A stretch of DNA of 64,000 bases, taken from Macrostomum hystrix (lineage: Eukaryota > Animalia > Platyhelminthes). Below are positions 26,916 to 38,947 of this stretch, piece by piece. Location of the stretch: contig CATNEN010000029.1 in the NCBI GenBank assembly GCA_950097015.1, positions 3,162,001-3,226,000 of the forward strand, in the 5' to 3' direction. The translations under genes and the position numbers were made by a program. The stretch's first letter is position 1, and the number at the start of each line of letters is the position of its first letter. The notes under the pieces are model-generated. The model was not told the DNA's origin. It worked only from the letters and a program-made list of their open reading frames with translations, and did no database searches.

Positions 26916-29900
26916 ATGAATGATCTAGTTATTCGCGACCAATCAACCCAGTACAAAGGATGGCTTTACAAATGGACTAATTACCTTAGGGGCTATCAAA
27001 AAAGATGGTTTGTTCTTCAAAATGGACTTCTTTCTTACTATCGGTAAGTATTTTCAGCTGTATTTATTTATATATTGTATTATATAAACGTAAGTACATC
27101 GTGTGTAAGACATCCTTCCATATTGCCACTAAGCAAGCATGAAGCATATTATAACTACCGATTTTAAACATTTTATTTTTGCTTGGTAATGAGCTCAATT
27201 AAAAAAACAACTTTTGTTTTCTTAGCCTGTCTTATCTGGAATTTGTGATACTTTAAGTAATTAAATAGAAAATTTAGAATTCTTTTTGTATTAGAATTCT
27301 TAAAGCTTAGCTTTGAATCCATCTATTGCAAATCAAACTATTGCTTGCATTTTAAACTGGAACTAACATATTTTGTTATTTGTACAAACTTTTATAGCTT
27401 TCTTAATGTTCATTCGTCTTGCTTTGTACTTTTTGGTCATATATAAATTACTTTTTTAGGTAATACATGTGATGAACACATAAACATCAATATCATGAAG
27501 AAAATAGCATTTAAAACACTTCTCAGTAATTATATATCACGTTTGACCCATCCAAATAAGTAACTTAATATGTCACAAATCATGAAATAGAATTGACTTA
27601 ACACTCATACATTATATTTAGCTAAATTCTACTTTACATATAGTTGCATTAATAAGAAATTAGCATGCTTTTTGTTCAAAAAGATTCACATAACTTTACT
27701 TGTGCCATTTGGATAATGTAGTACTAGATTTTACACAATCAAAATTTGCATCATTAACTATTTTGTGTTATGTTTGCCTAAAATATGTTCGTCTAAATCT
27801 CAATTATATATAGGGGCCTATATTAGGCTGTTTTGCACAAATGTTAGTTTTTTGTTTGAAAGCTTAAACTGCTATAGCTACAGACATCATTTAGTATGTA
27901 ACTTTTTATTTTGCCTAGTCCCAGAGGTTTTTGATTTAATCTGTTTGCTCCTATTTTGCCTTAATTAAATTTATATAATTTATTTATAAGTTACATTGCT
28001 ACTTTCACTATTCTACAAGCACTATCAATAAAATGAATGCTCAGCTTAGCCATGATTCACACCCATTCAGAAATCCTACAGAAATGTCCCATACCTGCCG
28101 TGGCACCATCAACCTGGCCAGCGCCCAGATTCTTCCATACGACTCATGCACCTTCATCATTAAGAATAGTGGCACACAGGTGTTCCACTTGAAGGCGCCA
28201 TCTGAGGTTGACAGGCAGCGCTGGGTGACCGCTTTGGAGTTGGCCAAGTCGAAGGCCCCGGCTATTAGAGATGCTGGTGAGTAATCTGTTGTGGTGCTTG
28301 TAACTTTTTACTCACTGTTTGTCTGTTAGATGATTTTTCTTATCTATCTATCCGTGGGTCCCTATCCTTCACTCTCCATCCGTGGGTCCCTATCCTTCCC
28401 TATCCATTCGTGGGTTACTATCCTTCCTTATCCATCCATCAGTCACTATCCCTCCTTATCCATCTATCAGTCACTATCCCTCCTTATCCATCAGTCACTA
28501 TCCTTCCTTATCCACCCATCAGTCGCTATCCTTCCTTATCCATCCATCAGTCGCTATCCTTCCTTATCCATCCATCAGTCACTATCCCTCCTTATCCATC
28601 CATCCATCAGTCCCTATTCTTCCATATCCATATTTTGATCGGGGATTATTTCTTCCCTATCTACTGAAGATTTTTCATTTCATTTCATTTTTTAACGTGC
28701 AAATGAATACCGAATTATTTGTATGTTAATCTACTTGAAAGCTAGATATGGAAATACAATACTTAAGCTTATGTAAAACTACATTTTGAGTTAAGTCTTG
28801 CACTATCGGATAAACAAATTTATTAGTCAATTTTCCCGCAATTGAAAGATCTTTAACCAATCTGCCAACTGCACTGCCCTGTCCTAAATTCTATTCGCAC
28901 GCAAATTTTCCAGCTTTTTCCACATCAATTGGGCTTCTACATTATATATTATCATAAGCGTCTCGACCTTCTCTTATTGACGACCCTCTGTCCTCCCCCC
29001 CGCCAAGTTGGTCACGCATCGTTGACTGTGATTTCATTCTTACATGCAGCCCCCATGTCAGATTTTCCCCATTTTTCTCATTCTTTTATATATAATGTAT
29101 CTCTCTTATCTTTCTTATCTATCTCTTTATTATCTTTGATCTTTGTACAAATGTGTACCAGCATTCGCTGAGGTGACGAACTGGATGGGGTGTGTCGGCC
29201 ACCCAATCGCTGTGCAATTTGCGACTCATTTCAAGGGCACAATTTAAGCAACCAACCCTGCTGCAGACTCGTGCTCGGAAGAGGACGGCGAGATCACAAT
29301 GGGCACGGACTCGAAGGAGGTTGAACAGCTGATAGCGCAGATCGATCAGAAGCTAACTGACATGAAGAACTTCAGCGCGACGCTGAATCACAACGGCGAG
29401 ACTCTCATCCGCCTGCTGGCAGAATTTGAATCCAAACGATGCGATTCGGCCGCTGTGGCCGCCGTAGCATCCGCCAACTCAGAGGACACCCTGGTGAAGT
29501 CGCTGAAGGAGAGGACAACTATGCATAAGATTATGCTCAACGCTATGCTCAATGTGAGTCATTTTAGCAAAATTATCCCAGAAATCTACTTCTGAGTTGC
29601 TTGTTAAACACGCTCTAAAAAGCAATGGTAATTACAAAGAGAAATTATATTCTTAAAGAAACTATTGCCAAAGGACTCATTAGCTAGAGCTAGCTTGTCA
29701 CTGATCCGTATTTGACAGCGTGTATCTGTATTTTTCTTAACTATATTGGTGTCTGAACTGTTTTTACGCTCGTCCATTATGAAAATAGGGATTCTAAATC
29801 CCTAGTTTCGGCGTGGGATCTGGGATTATAAGAAATTTCCATCTGAGATTTTTAGTCCTCTGTATGGGATTCTTAATCCCCTATATAGGACTTTTAATTC

Positions 29901-32900
29901 TCTATATGGGATTCTTAATCCTCTATATGGGATTCTAAATCCTCTATATGGGATTCTTAATTCTCTATATGGGATTCTTAATCCTCTATATGGGATTCTA
30001 AATCCTCTATATGGGGTTCTTAATCCTCTATATGGGATTCTTAATCCTCTATATGGGATTCTTAATCCTCTATATGGGATTCCTAATCCTTATGGCCTTG
30101 CAAGTTCATATCTGCGCTCCCTAATAATATTATTTAGTGTATATCTCAAAGACCTGTCAATCACTCTGTATCTTATCTTTCTGTTTCCTCTTTGCGTCCC
30201 CATGCCCCTCTTTTTTTAATTTGTGATTTGTGATAATGCAGGTCATTTTATAAGGAGCATTTAAATTACAACCTATTATGTCATCGCTAATCATAAAGGC
30301 CCTTTGTGTATGCAATATCGAAGCTGATACTGACATCATCTTCTTATAATTCTTCCCAATTGCTGCAGCTCCTATGCCGTGTACGTAGCTTCCGTGAACG
30401 TAGGGGGGGTGGTTGGTTTTGCCTAATCTCTTGTGGCATCTTCAGCCACCGGGATTGCCGATTTTTATGTTTCTGGTAGGCGAGAGAGGGAAAGAGAGCT
30501 CGACTGTCTGAACTCGAGAAATGGGACTAGACTAGGATACTTTTTGCAGGCCCCATTACTCCCATCTCCCCCCTCTCTCTCTGTCTCCCTGTGCAATCGA
30601 CGCTTTGAACATTGACGTAAAAAAGAAAGAACAACAAATAAAATAAGCGCGCCTATTCCGGAGTAGGCTCATTCCGTCCCTCAGTTTGCTGGCCCCAGTG
30701 CCGGAAGGCCATTGCGTGGTCGGTCTGGTGTGCTAGTTGCCACTCTCTAATACATAATATGTACTCGTCATCCCGCCTCTCCTTCCTCTCTATCCCCCAC
30801 TGCTGCTGCAACTTTTTCTCCCACCGATCTGAGTAGATGCCTATATATCCTATCCCTCCGATGCGCCCCAGTCGTGTCGCGACGTTGGCGAATTTCTGTC
30901 TAACGAAGGTCGCCGCTGGAAGCGACTGCTGGAGCATGAGCGGGGCCAACGGCGCCAGCTGCAGGACATGGTTGAACAGCTAGCCAAGCAGCACAGCTCG
31001 CTTGAGAAGAAAATTATTCTTGAAGGCTCCTGCGGCTCGCATCCGGGCTTTACCGAATCCACACAAAAGCCTAGGGGTGAGCATTGCTTTCTGAGAGCTG
31101 TGATCTGTCAATACGCCTTCCAGTATCCAGTCAAGTCATCACCCAACTATCCCTTAACCCTGTGATCAAGTCATTGCCCCATCATCAAGTCATTACCCAA
31201 CTATCCCTTAACCCTGTGATCAAGTCATTGCCCCATCATCAAGTCATTACCCAACTATCCCTTAACCCTGTGATCAAGTCATTGCCCCATCATCAAGTCA
31301 TTACCCAACTATCCCTTAACCCTGTGATCAAGTCATTGCCCCATCATCAAGTCATTACCCAACTATCCCTTAATCCTGTGATCAAGTCATTGCCCCATCA
31401 TCAAGTCATTACCCAACTATCCCTTAACCCTGTGATCAAGTCATTGCCCCATCATCAAGTCATTACCCAACTATCCCTTAACCCTGTGATCAAGTCATTG
31501 CCCCATCATCAAGTCATTACCCAACTATCCCTTAATCCTGTGATCAAGTCATTGCCCCATCATCAAGTCATTACCCAACTATCCCTTAACCCTGTGATCA
31601 AGTCATTGCCCCATCATCAAGTCATTACCCTATCATCAAGTCATTACCCTATCATCAAGTCATTATCCTATCATCAAGTCATTACCCCATCATCAAGTCA
31701 TTACCCCATCATCAAGTCATTACCCCATCATCAAGTCATTACCCTATCATCAAGTCATTACCCCATCATCAAGTCATTACCCCATCATCAAGTCATTACC
31801 CCAGCATCAAGCCGTTTCATAATAGTTTATTTATTTTGTCAAACAAGTAGATCCCGCCGCCTCGGCTGCTTCCCCTGGAGCCGCCGCCTCCGCCGCCGTC
31901 GCCGCCACCGGAGCTGTAGCAGCAGCGGCGGGAGCAGTCGACGAAGATAAAAGCGACGACGAATTTCACGACGCCAACGAAATGTTCGAGCTGGATGACG
32001 GCGGCGACTGCGGCGTGGCAAATTCGCAGAGACAGCAGCGCGAGAAGCAGATTATAAAAATCAGCTTGCCAACTGGCCGAGTGCCCAGTCCGGCTGTCGT
32101 ACAAAAAGCAGACAGCTTCGCAGATGAATACGAAAGCGACTGCGAATACTCCGACATGGAGGCGGCTAATGAAAGTCGCGAATACAAAGTCATCATGTCT
32201 GGCAAGCTGGCTAGGAATGCGTCCACAGCTTCGTCCGGTTCCGGCCAGCTGAGGGTTCGTCAGCAGCAGCAGCAGCTGACCCGGCCAGGTTCGTATGGTG
32301 GACTACAGCAGCAGCAGCGGCAGTCGTCAAACATTCGGTTGCGTCGCTCGTGCGTACCTGAGCGGCCAAACTACAGCCTGAACCTGTGGAGCATCATGAA
32401 GAATTGCATCGGTCGCGAACTAACCAAGATTCCAATGCCGGTGAATTTTAGTGAACCGTTAAGCATGCTGCAGCGTATCACCGAGGAGCTTGAGTACTCA
32501 CAGTGCCTGGACAGAGCCGCCCGAGCCGCTGACCAATGGGAGCAGCTAGCCTATGTCGCCGCCTACACCATTAGCGCATATTCCACTACGGCTGTGCGCA
32601 CTGCTAAGCCGTTTAATCCGTTGCTAGGCGAAACTTTTGAATTCGATCGAACCGAAGACCTCGGCTGGCGATCATTCGCTGAGCAGGTCGGTCACGTGAC
32701 CTGCTGCTTTCCCACCATTTAATCCGTTGTTAAAATTTGTGGCTAAGGGGCTAGATGAGCTGATAATTGTGTCCATTGTTGCTGATAGTTGTGTCCATTG
32801 TAGCTGATAGTTGTGTCCATTGTTGCTGATAGTTGTGTCCATTGTTGCTGATAATTGTGTCCATTGTTGCTGATAGTTGTGTCCATTGTTGCTTATAGTT

Positions 32901-35900
32901 GTTGTGTCCATTGTTGCTGATAGTTGTGTCCATTGTTGCTGATAGTTGTGTCCATTGTTGCTGATAGTTGTGTCCATTGTTGCTGATAATTATATCCATT
33001 GTTGCTGATAGTTGTGTCCATTGTTGTTGATAATTATGTCCATTGTTGCTGATAATTGTGTCCAGCATAGCTGATAATTGTGTCCAGCATAGCTGATAAT
33101 TGTGTCCAGCATAGCTGATAATTCCCTTGTCTCCACCACACCTGCCAGGTGAGCCACCACCCGCCAGTGGCCGCATTTCACGTTGAAAGCAAGGCAGGCT
33201 GGATCGCCTACCAGGAGTTCGGCATGTCCAGCAAGTTTCGCGGCAAATTCCTGTCAATCATACCGCAGGGCATCGCTCACCTGGTATTCGCCGAATCTGG
33301 GCATCACTACACCTGGCGAAAGGTGACATCAACTGTGCACAATATTATTGTTGGCAAACTGTGGATTGACAATCACGGCGAGATGGACATTGTTAATCAC
33401 ACCACTGGCGATGTGTGCCGGCTAAACTATAAGCCTTATTCGTATTTTTCTCGCGAGACGCCACGCAAAGTCACTGGCGTCATTACTGACCGACAGGGCG
33501 TCACGAGGTGAGCGGCAAAATCACCGGACAGTTTCATTGCAAGACAACAGCGGGGATAGATGAGACACTGAAGAGATGAGACACGGGAGAGATGAGACAC
33601 GGGAGAGATGAGACACGGGAGATAAGAGACACGGGAGAGATGAGACACGGAAGAGATGAGACACGGGAGAGATGAGACACGGGAGATAAGAGACACGGGA
33701 GAGATGAGACACGGGAGAGATGAGACACGGGAGAGAAGAGACACGGGAGAGATGAGACAAGGGAGAGATGAGACACGGGATAGATGAGACACGGGATAGA
33801 TGAGACACGGAAGAGATAAAACTTGGAAGAGATGAGACAGGGAAATTTTCTTGATTGGTGCTTAGGGAGCGAGGAGTTTTGTGGGCCGGATTTCGCGTAC
33901 CCTAGCTCCATAGGATCCAATAACAACCTGGATTCCGCTCACAAAGGTACGTTCTAACCGGCACCTGGGACGAAATGATCGAAGCCGCCAAGGTATTTCG
34001 CATCGACGATAGCAACCGGGCCAAGCAGCCGGTGATGGAGACCCGGCCGGCCAGCGTCCTGTGGCGTCGCAATCCGAGCCTGCCCAACGCCGAAAAGATG
34101 TACAACTTCACCAAATTCGCTGTGGAACTCAACGAGCCGGAGAACGGCGTGGCGCCCACCGACTCGCGCCGTCGACCAGATCAGCGCCTCATGGAGGAGG
34201 GCCGCTGGGACGAGGCAAACAAAGAGAAACTGCGGCTGGAGGAGAAACAGCGAGTCAAGAGGCGACAGCGCGAGGCGGCCGATGCTGAAGCTGCCGCTGT
34301 CGGCTCCTCTGCCACAGTCGGTGGGACGGCAGCGTTAACAACATCTGTTGGACCATCGGGTGAGTTTTTGCATTTGCTATCGAGATTGTAGGCCGCCAAT
34401 GAGTGTAATATTTGGCAGATTGTAGGCCGCCAATGAGTGTAATATTTGGCAGATTGTAGGCCGCCAATGAGTGTAATATTTGGCAGATTGTAGGCCGCCA
34501 ATGAGTGTAATATTTGGCAGATTGTAGGTCTGCGAATGAGTATAATATTTGGCAGATTGTAGGCCTACCTATGAGTGTAATATTTGGCAGATTGTAGGCC
34601 TGCGAATGAGTGTAATATTTGGCAGATTGTAGGCCTGCGAATGAGTGTAATATTTGGCAGATTGTAGGCCTGCGAATGAGTGTAATATTTGGCAGATTGT
34701 AGGCCTGCGAATGAGTGTAATATTTGGCAGATTGTAGACCTACCTATGAGTGTAATATTTGGCAGATTGTAGGCCTGCGAATGAGTGTAATATTTGGCAG
34801 ATTGTAGGCCTGCGAATGAGTGTAATATTTGGCAGATTGTAGGCCTGCGAATGAGTGTAATATTTGGCAGATTGTAGGCCTGCGAATGAGTGTAATATTT
34901 GGCAGATTGTAGACCTACCTATGAGTGTAATATTTGGCAGATTGTAGACCTGCGAATGAGTGTAATATTTGGCAGATTGTAGACCTACCTATGAGTGTAA
35001 TATTTGGCAGATTGTAGGCCTACCTATGAGTGTAAAAGTTACCAGATTGTAGCCTCAATAATAAGTGTAATATTAGGTATACTGTAGACTTTCAAGTGTC
35101 TCAATTGATAAATTTTCAATTTTTACTGACAAATTTACTTTTTCTAACTGCCTTTGGATTTTCTAAGACAATAAGCGGTTTCTCGTAGACGAAATAAAAA
35201 TAAAAGTACAAGACCATTTTTGCAGACATTCGTCGCAAGCGACGCGCCAGTAAAAGTATGATTAAAAAAACTGGTACTTTGCTATTGCTTATTAAATTAA
35301 GAATGCGATCCATGCTGTGTTATGCAATGCATTTCTACTTTCAATATTACTCGTATTTACATCTATAAACTTATATATTACTTTAAGTATAGTTACTAAT
35401 TTTATGAATATGTGCACCTTGCACGAATTAATTTTATTTGAAAACATTCTGCGTGGTTCTGTGATTTCTCCTGCCAGCACGTTCTGTGATTTCCTTTTTG
35501 AATTGAAGCACACTTTTTTTGTTCATTGCAGTCATTCACCTGGTGGACAAAATAAAATTTGTTAGAAAATGCAAGGAAATAGAACGGGGCCGATTTGCGG
35601 GATGATATACACTGCCAGACAACACCACCCACATGTGTGTGTTCTCAGGAGTACAGCGAAATCAGCCTCCTCGCTGGCTGCATAGTGGACTGGGTGGATC
35701 CTTGCAGACAGAGATTTCACTGTAACAATTCTGCAAATTCACTCTGCTGTGCATTATAGATAATTTAATATTCTAATCCTACTACTTACTCAGTAGAAAA
35801 AAATTTCTCTTTTCTCTCCCTTCTATCCTCTGTCTCTATCTCTCCTGTCTCCATCTCTCCTGTCTCTATCTCTCCTGTCCCTATCTCTCCTGTCTCTATC

Positions 35901-37147
35901 TCTCCTGTCCCTATCTCTCCTGTCTCTATCTCTCCTGTCCCTATCTCTCCTGTCTCTATCTATCCTGTCTCTATCTGGACACTGTCCTTCACCCCCAAGA
36001 AAGGAGCAGAAATAGGAATATCGCATGCGATATAATTATACGATAATAATAAAATGGTTCATTTCAGGCGAGTTTTCCAACTCTTCCTACGTCTCAGTCA
36101 ATGGTAAAGCAGTATTGTTACGCTGGATTTAAAGTAGACTACAAATGGTTATTACACTCCACTGTACTACTTACTGTTTTAGAAGTAGATAAAGGTAGGA
36201 TAATTGACCACAAGTACTTATATTACAACAATTAGTGACTAGCCAACAGTGTTTACTATAGATTTGATTTTTAAAGTATATATAATCAGCGTGCATTTCT
36301 TTTTATTTTCGCTCTATAGATATAAGAAACTCTCTTTAGCCCATTAGAAAATGATTAAAAGAACTTTTAATTTAGTGAACGATTTAATGTCTGAAATGCA
36401 ATTAACTAATCTTGTTACTGGTCCATATACGAGTATTTCAACTAATTTAAACAGCTCTGACACTGACACTTGCAGACCCTGACGCTTGCAGACCCTGACA
36501 CTTGCAGACCCTGACACTTGAACACCCTGACACTTGGAGACCCTGACACTTGCAGACCCTGACACTTGAACACCCTGACACTTGGAGACCCTGACACTTG
36601 CAGACCCTGACGCTTGCAGACCCTGACACTTGCAGACCCTGACACTTGAACACCCTGACACTTGGAGACCCTGACACTTGCAGACCCTGACACTTGGAGA
36701 CCCTGACACTTAAAGACCCTGACACTTGCAGACCCTGACACTCGGAGACCCTGACGGCGGACCCTGACACTTGCAGACCCTGACACTTGCAGACCCTGAC
36801 ACTTGGAGACCCTGACACTTGCAGACCCTGACACTTGAAGACCCTGACACTTGCAGACCCTGACACTTGAAGACCCTGACACTTAAAGACCCTGACACTT
36901 GGAGACCCTGACACTGGCAGACCCTGACGGCGGACCCTGACACTTGCTGACCCTGACACTGTCGCCGGCTGATTTACCTCTTTCTCACCTTCCGCGATCC
37001 GCAGAACACAGCGCTCCAGACCCCGAGCCAGTCTGGTTCAAGCTTCAGCAAGACGAAATCACCGGTAGCAACATCCACCGATTCACTGGCGACTATTGGG
37101 CTTGCAAAGAGCGCTCCGATTGGTCGAATTGTCCAGACATCTACTGA
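26916..37147 (+). CDS. OSBP: Oxysterol-binding protein (PH + FFAT-like + ORD), ~858 aa; exons 26916-27043, 28071-28276, 29267-29553, 30872-31076, 31851-32686, 33149-33507, 33947-34359, 37005-37147
   Basis: PH motif [38 protein letters not shown]-like motif. ORD motifs [33 protein letters not shown]|VSHHPP and [11 protein letters not shown]. All junctions are phase-consistent (2577 nt). Confidence 0.95.
28347..28625. repeat. ~24-bp pyrimidine-rich array in OSBP intron 2
   Basis: CCATCAGTC(A/G)CTATCC(C/T)TCCTTAT repeats. Confidence 0.9.
29860..30090. repeat. 21-bp array in OSBP intron 3
   Basis: GGGATTCTTAATCCTCTATAT, ~11 copies. Confidence 0.95.
31113..31810. repeat. 54-bp higher-order array (3x18) grading into 18-bp monomers, OSBP intron 4
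   Basis: The 54-bp period translates as [18 protein letters not shown]. From ~31620 the units are CATCAAGTCATTACCC(C/T)AT-like 18-mers. Confidence 0.95.
32757..33125. repeat. 22-bp array in OSBP intron 5
   Basis: GTGTCCATTGTTGCTGATA(G/A)TT repeats. Confidence 0.95.
33555..33840. repeat. 16-bp array GAGACACGGGAGAGAT in OSBP intron 6
   Basis: ~17 copies. Same unit as 52072-52896. Confidence 0.95.
34383..35035. repeat. 34-bp array in OSBP intron 7
   Basis: AGATTGTAGGCC(GCCA/TGCGA/TACCT)ATGAGTGTAATATTTGGC repeats. Confidence 0.95.
35600..35690 (+). mobile_element. SINE family A body fragment
   Basis: TATACACTGCCAGACAAC...GTGTGTTCTCAGGAGTACAGCGAAAT...GCCTCCTCGCTGGCTGC matches the reverse complement of 38450-38540. 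Confidence 0.55.
35822..35975. repeat. 15-bp pyrimidine array (CTCTATCTCTCCTGT) in OSBP intron 7
   Basis: Direct reading; it produces the RDRRD pseudo-ORF. Confidence 0.9.
36465..36960. repeat. 16-bp array CAGACCCTGACACTTG in OSBP intron 7
   Basis: ~30 variant copies ending ~45 nt before the acceptor at 37004. Confidence 0.95.
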
Positions 37148-38399
37148 CTGTGATGCTAAAGCTACTAACGCAAGTAGCATCGATGGAGTTTTTTGGCTTA
37201 TTTTATTTCCACACAGAAATTCATTTTTTGCAGTATTTTTCATGTTTGCTATCTCGAAAGATAACTAGTGACTGCTTGTCTGTCCTATGATGCATTTTAT
37301 TCGGTATTTGTTAGCTTGATTGTCCAGTTTAATTATGGAAGAAATCATTAAATTGTGTCATTCATAAATGATTTACACAGTGCGTGCTCTTTAAAACACA
37401 TTTTCTATTTATTTCCACACATATTTTTATGCATAGGATTCTTCATTCGCTTCATTTAAAAAATTTCCAATAACTCATGTCTATGAGTAAAGTGAGGTAA
37501 ATCGACCATTGCATCGACCATCGAATCTAGTAAATGAACCATTTTCTACCTAATTTTAGCAGTTTGCAGTGTTTTTTAGCAAATTCTTAACCCTAGACCT
37601 TTGATCTCTGAGTGGGCACATTTTTGTGAATCAGTTTCTAGGCTTGCGTCATTATTATTCATATGCTCTTTACTAACTGTCGTTTGCACTTTGAGAGTGG
37701 TTTGAAAACCCTTTATCTTAAGCATTAATAGCAATTCTAGACAGCAGCTTTGTTTTCTATAGGAATCAAGTGAATTAATTGAAATAGAAAGAATCTCTCG
37801 CATGTTTTATGCTTCACAACAGTATTTCCATGCTTTTATTACTTGTATATTTCAACTGTCCATTATTTTCAATCATGGCTACTTTTCATCAGTAGTACGC
37901 ATGGTTGTATCTATCGGATTTGTTTAAAAATTGGCAGTAATTTGCAGCTACTAAAGTTTTATTCCCGTACAAGCTAAAAAAGTTGAGCAACGTGTGTTAT
38001 CGAATCAGCTCTAAGATTTTCGTCTCATAACCATGACGTTAAACAATTTTCTCTATTTGCGATTTTAAAATTAGGTGTAGAACAATTTTTTTAAATGAAA
38101 AATGATACCCAATATTGTAATTATTTAGTTTAAACAGCTTCATTAAAATCCTGTTGTGTCGTCTTGCCTGCAAAAAATTTTTTGACGACATCCATATCGT
38201 TGCAGTTTAACAATACCTTTATTTAAATTATAAAATAACATTTTGGTCTTTCGCTTAGCAGAACCTTTTGAGAAAAAGTGCTGGTTTCTTCATTTATTTC
38301 TTATTTAAGATCTCAGTCTCTGTATAGATATTTAATTATTAGTGAACTTTTATTTCTTTTCTAATATCGTGTTTTTTTATTCCTTATGATAATAAGTTT

Positions 38400-38650
38400 T
38401 AATTTGCTCGAGGTTCTGCGGCCAATGACAGTTCAATTGGTGATACTGGACCCGCAGCCAGCAAGGAGGCAATTCTGCCCATTTCGCTGACTCCTGAGCA
38501 CACACGAGATACTATGCTCATTGTCAGACAGTGTACACTTTCACTGTGCCTTGGAGGTTGACCCAAATTATCGTGGCCTTGCCGTGGAATCGAGCTCGGT
38601 GACATTGGTGCCAGAGGCAAACGCGTTAAGCGCTCTGCCACTGACCCCCC
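38400..38650 (-). mobile_element. tRNA-derived SINE family A, near full-length copy
   Basis: The minus strand starts GGGGGGTCAGTGGCAGAGCGCTTAACGCG (A-box-like)...GAGCTCGATTCC (B-box-like), followed by the shared body. Confidence 0.65.
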
Positions 38651-38947
38651 GTTTTCGATACATATCGTTGGATAAAGTATTTTATCTTTGGATCGTTGGA
38701 CATAGACTTTTTTTTACAAAAAATGGTACTTTTTTCATTACATATCGGCATCGGTTGCTAATTATTTAATTTGCAGTCACGCCAATCTGATGCCCACCAA
38801 CCGGCTTTTGACGCCGATGCGCAGGCTAATCATGCAAACATCGCGCTGACAAAAGTGACATTGACGCCGCTGTCAATCTCCTATGCTGCTGTGATTGTGG
38901 ACGCCGGCTCCACTGAAGCCGACTCCGTTGACACCGTCCCACGCAGC

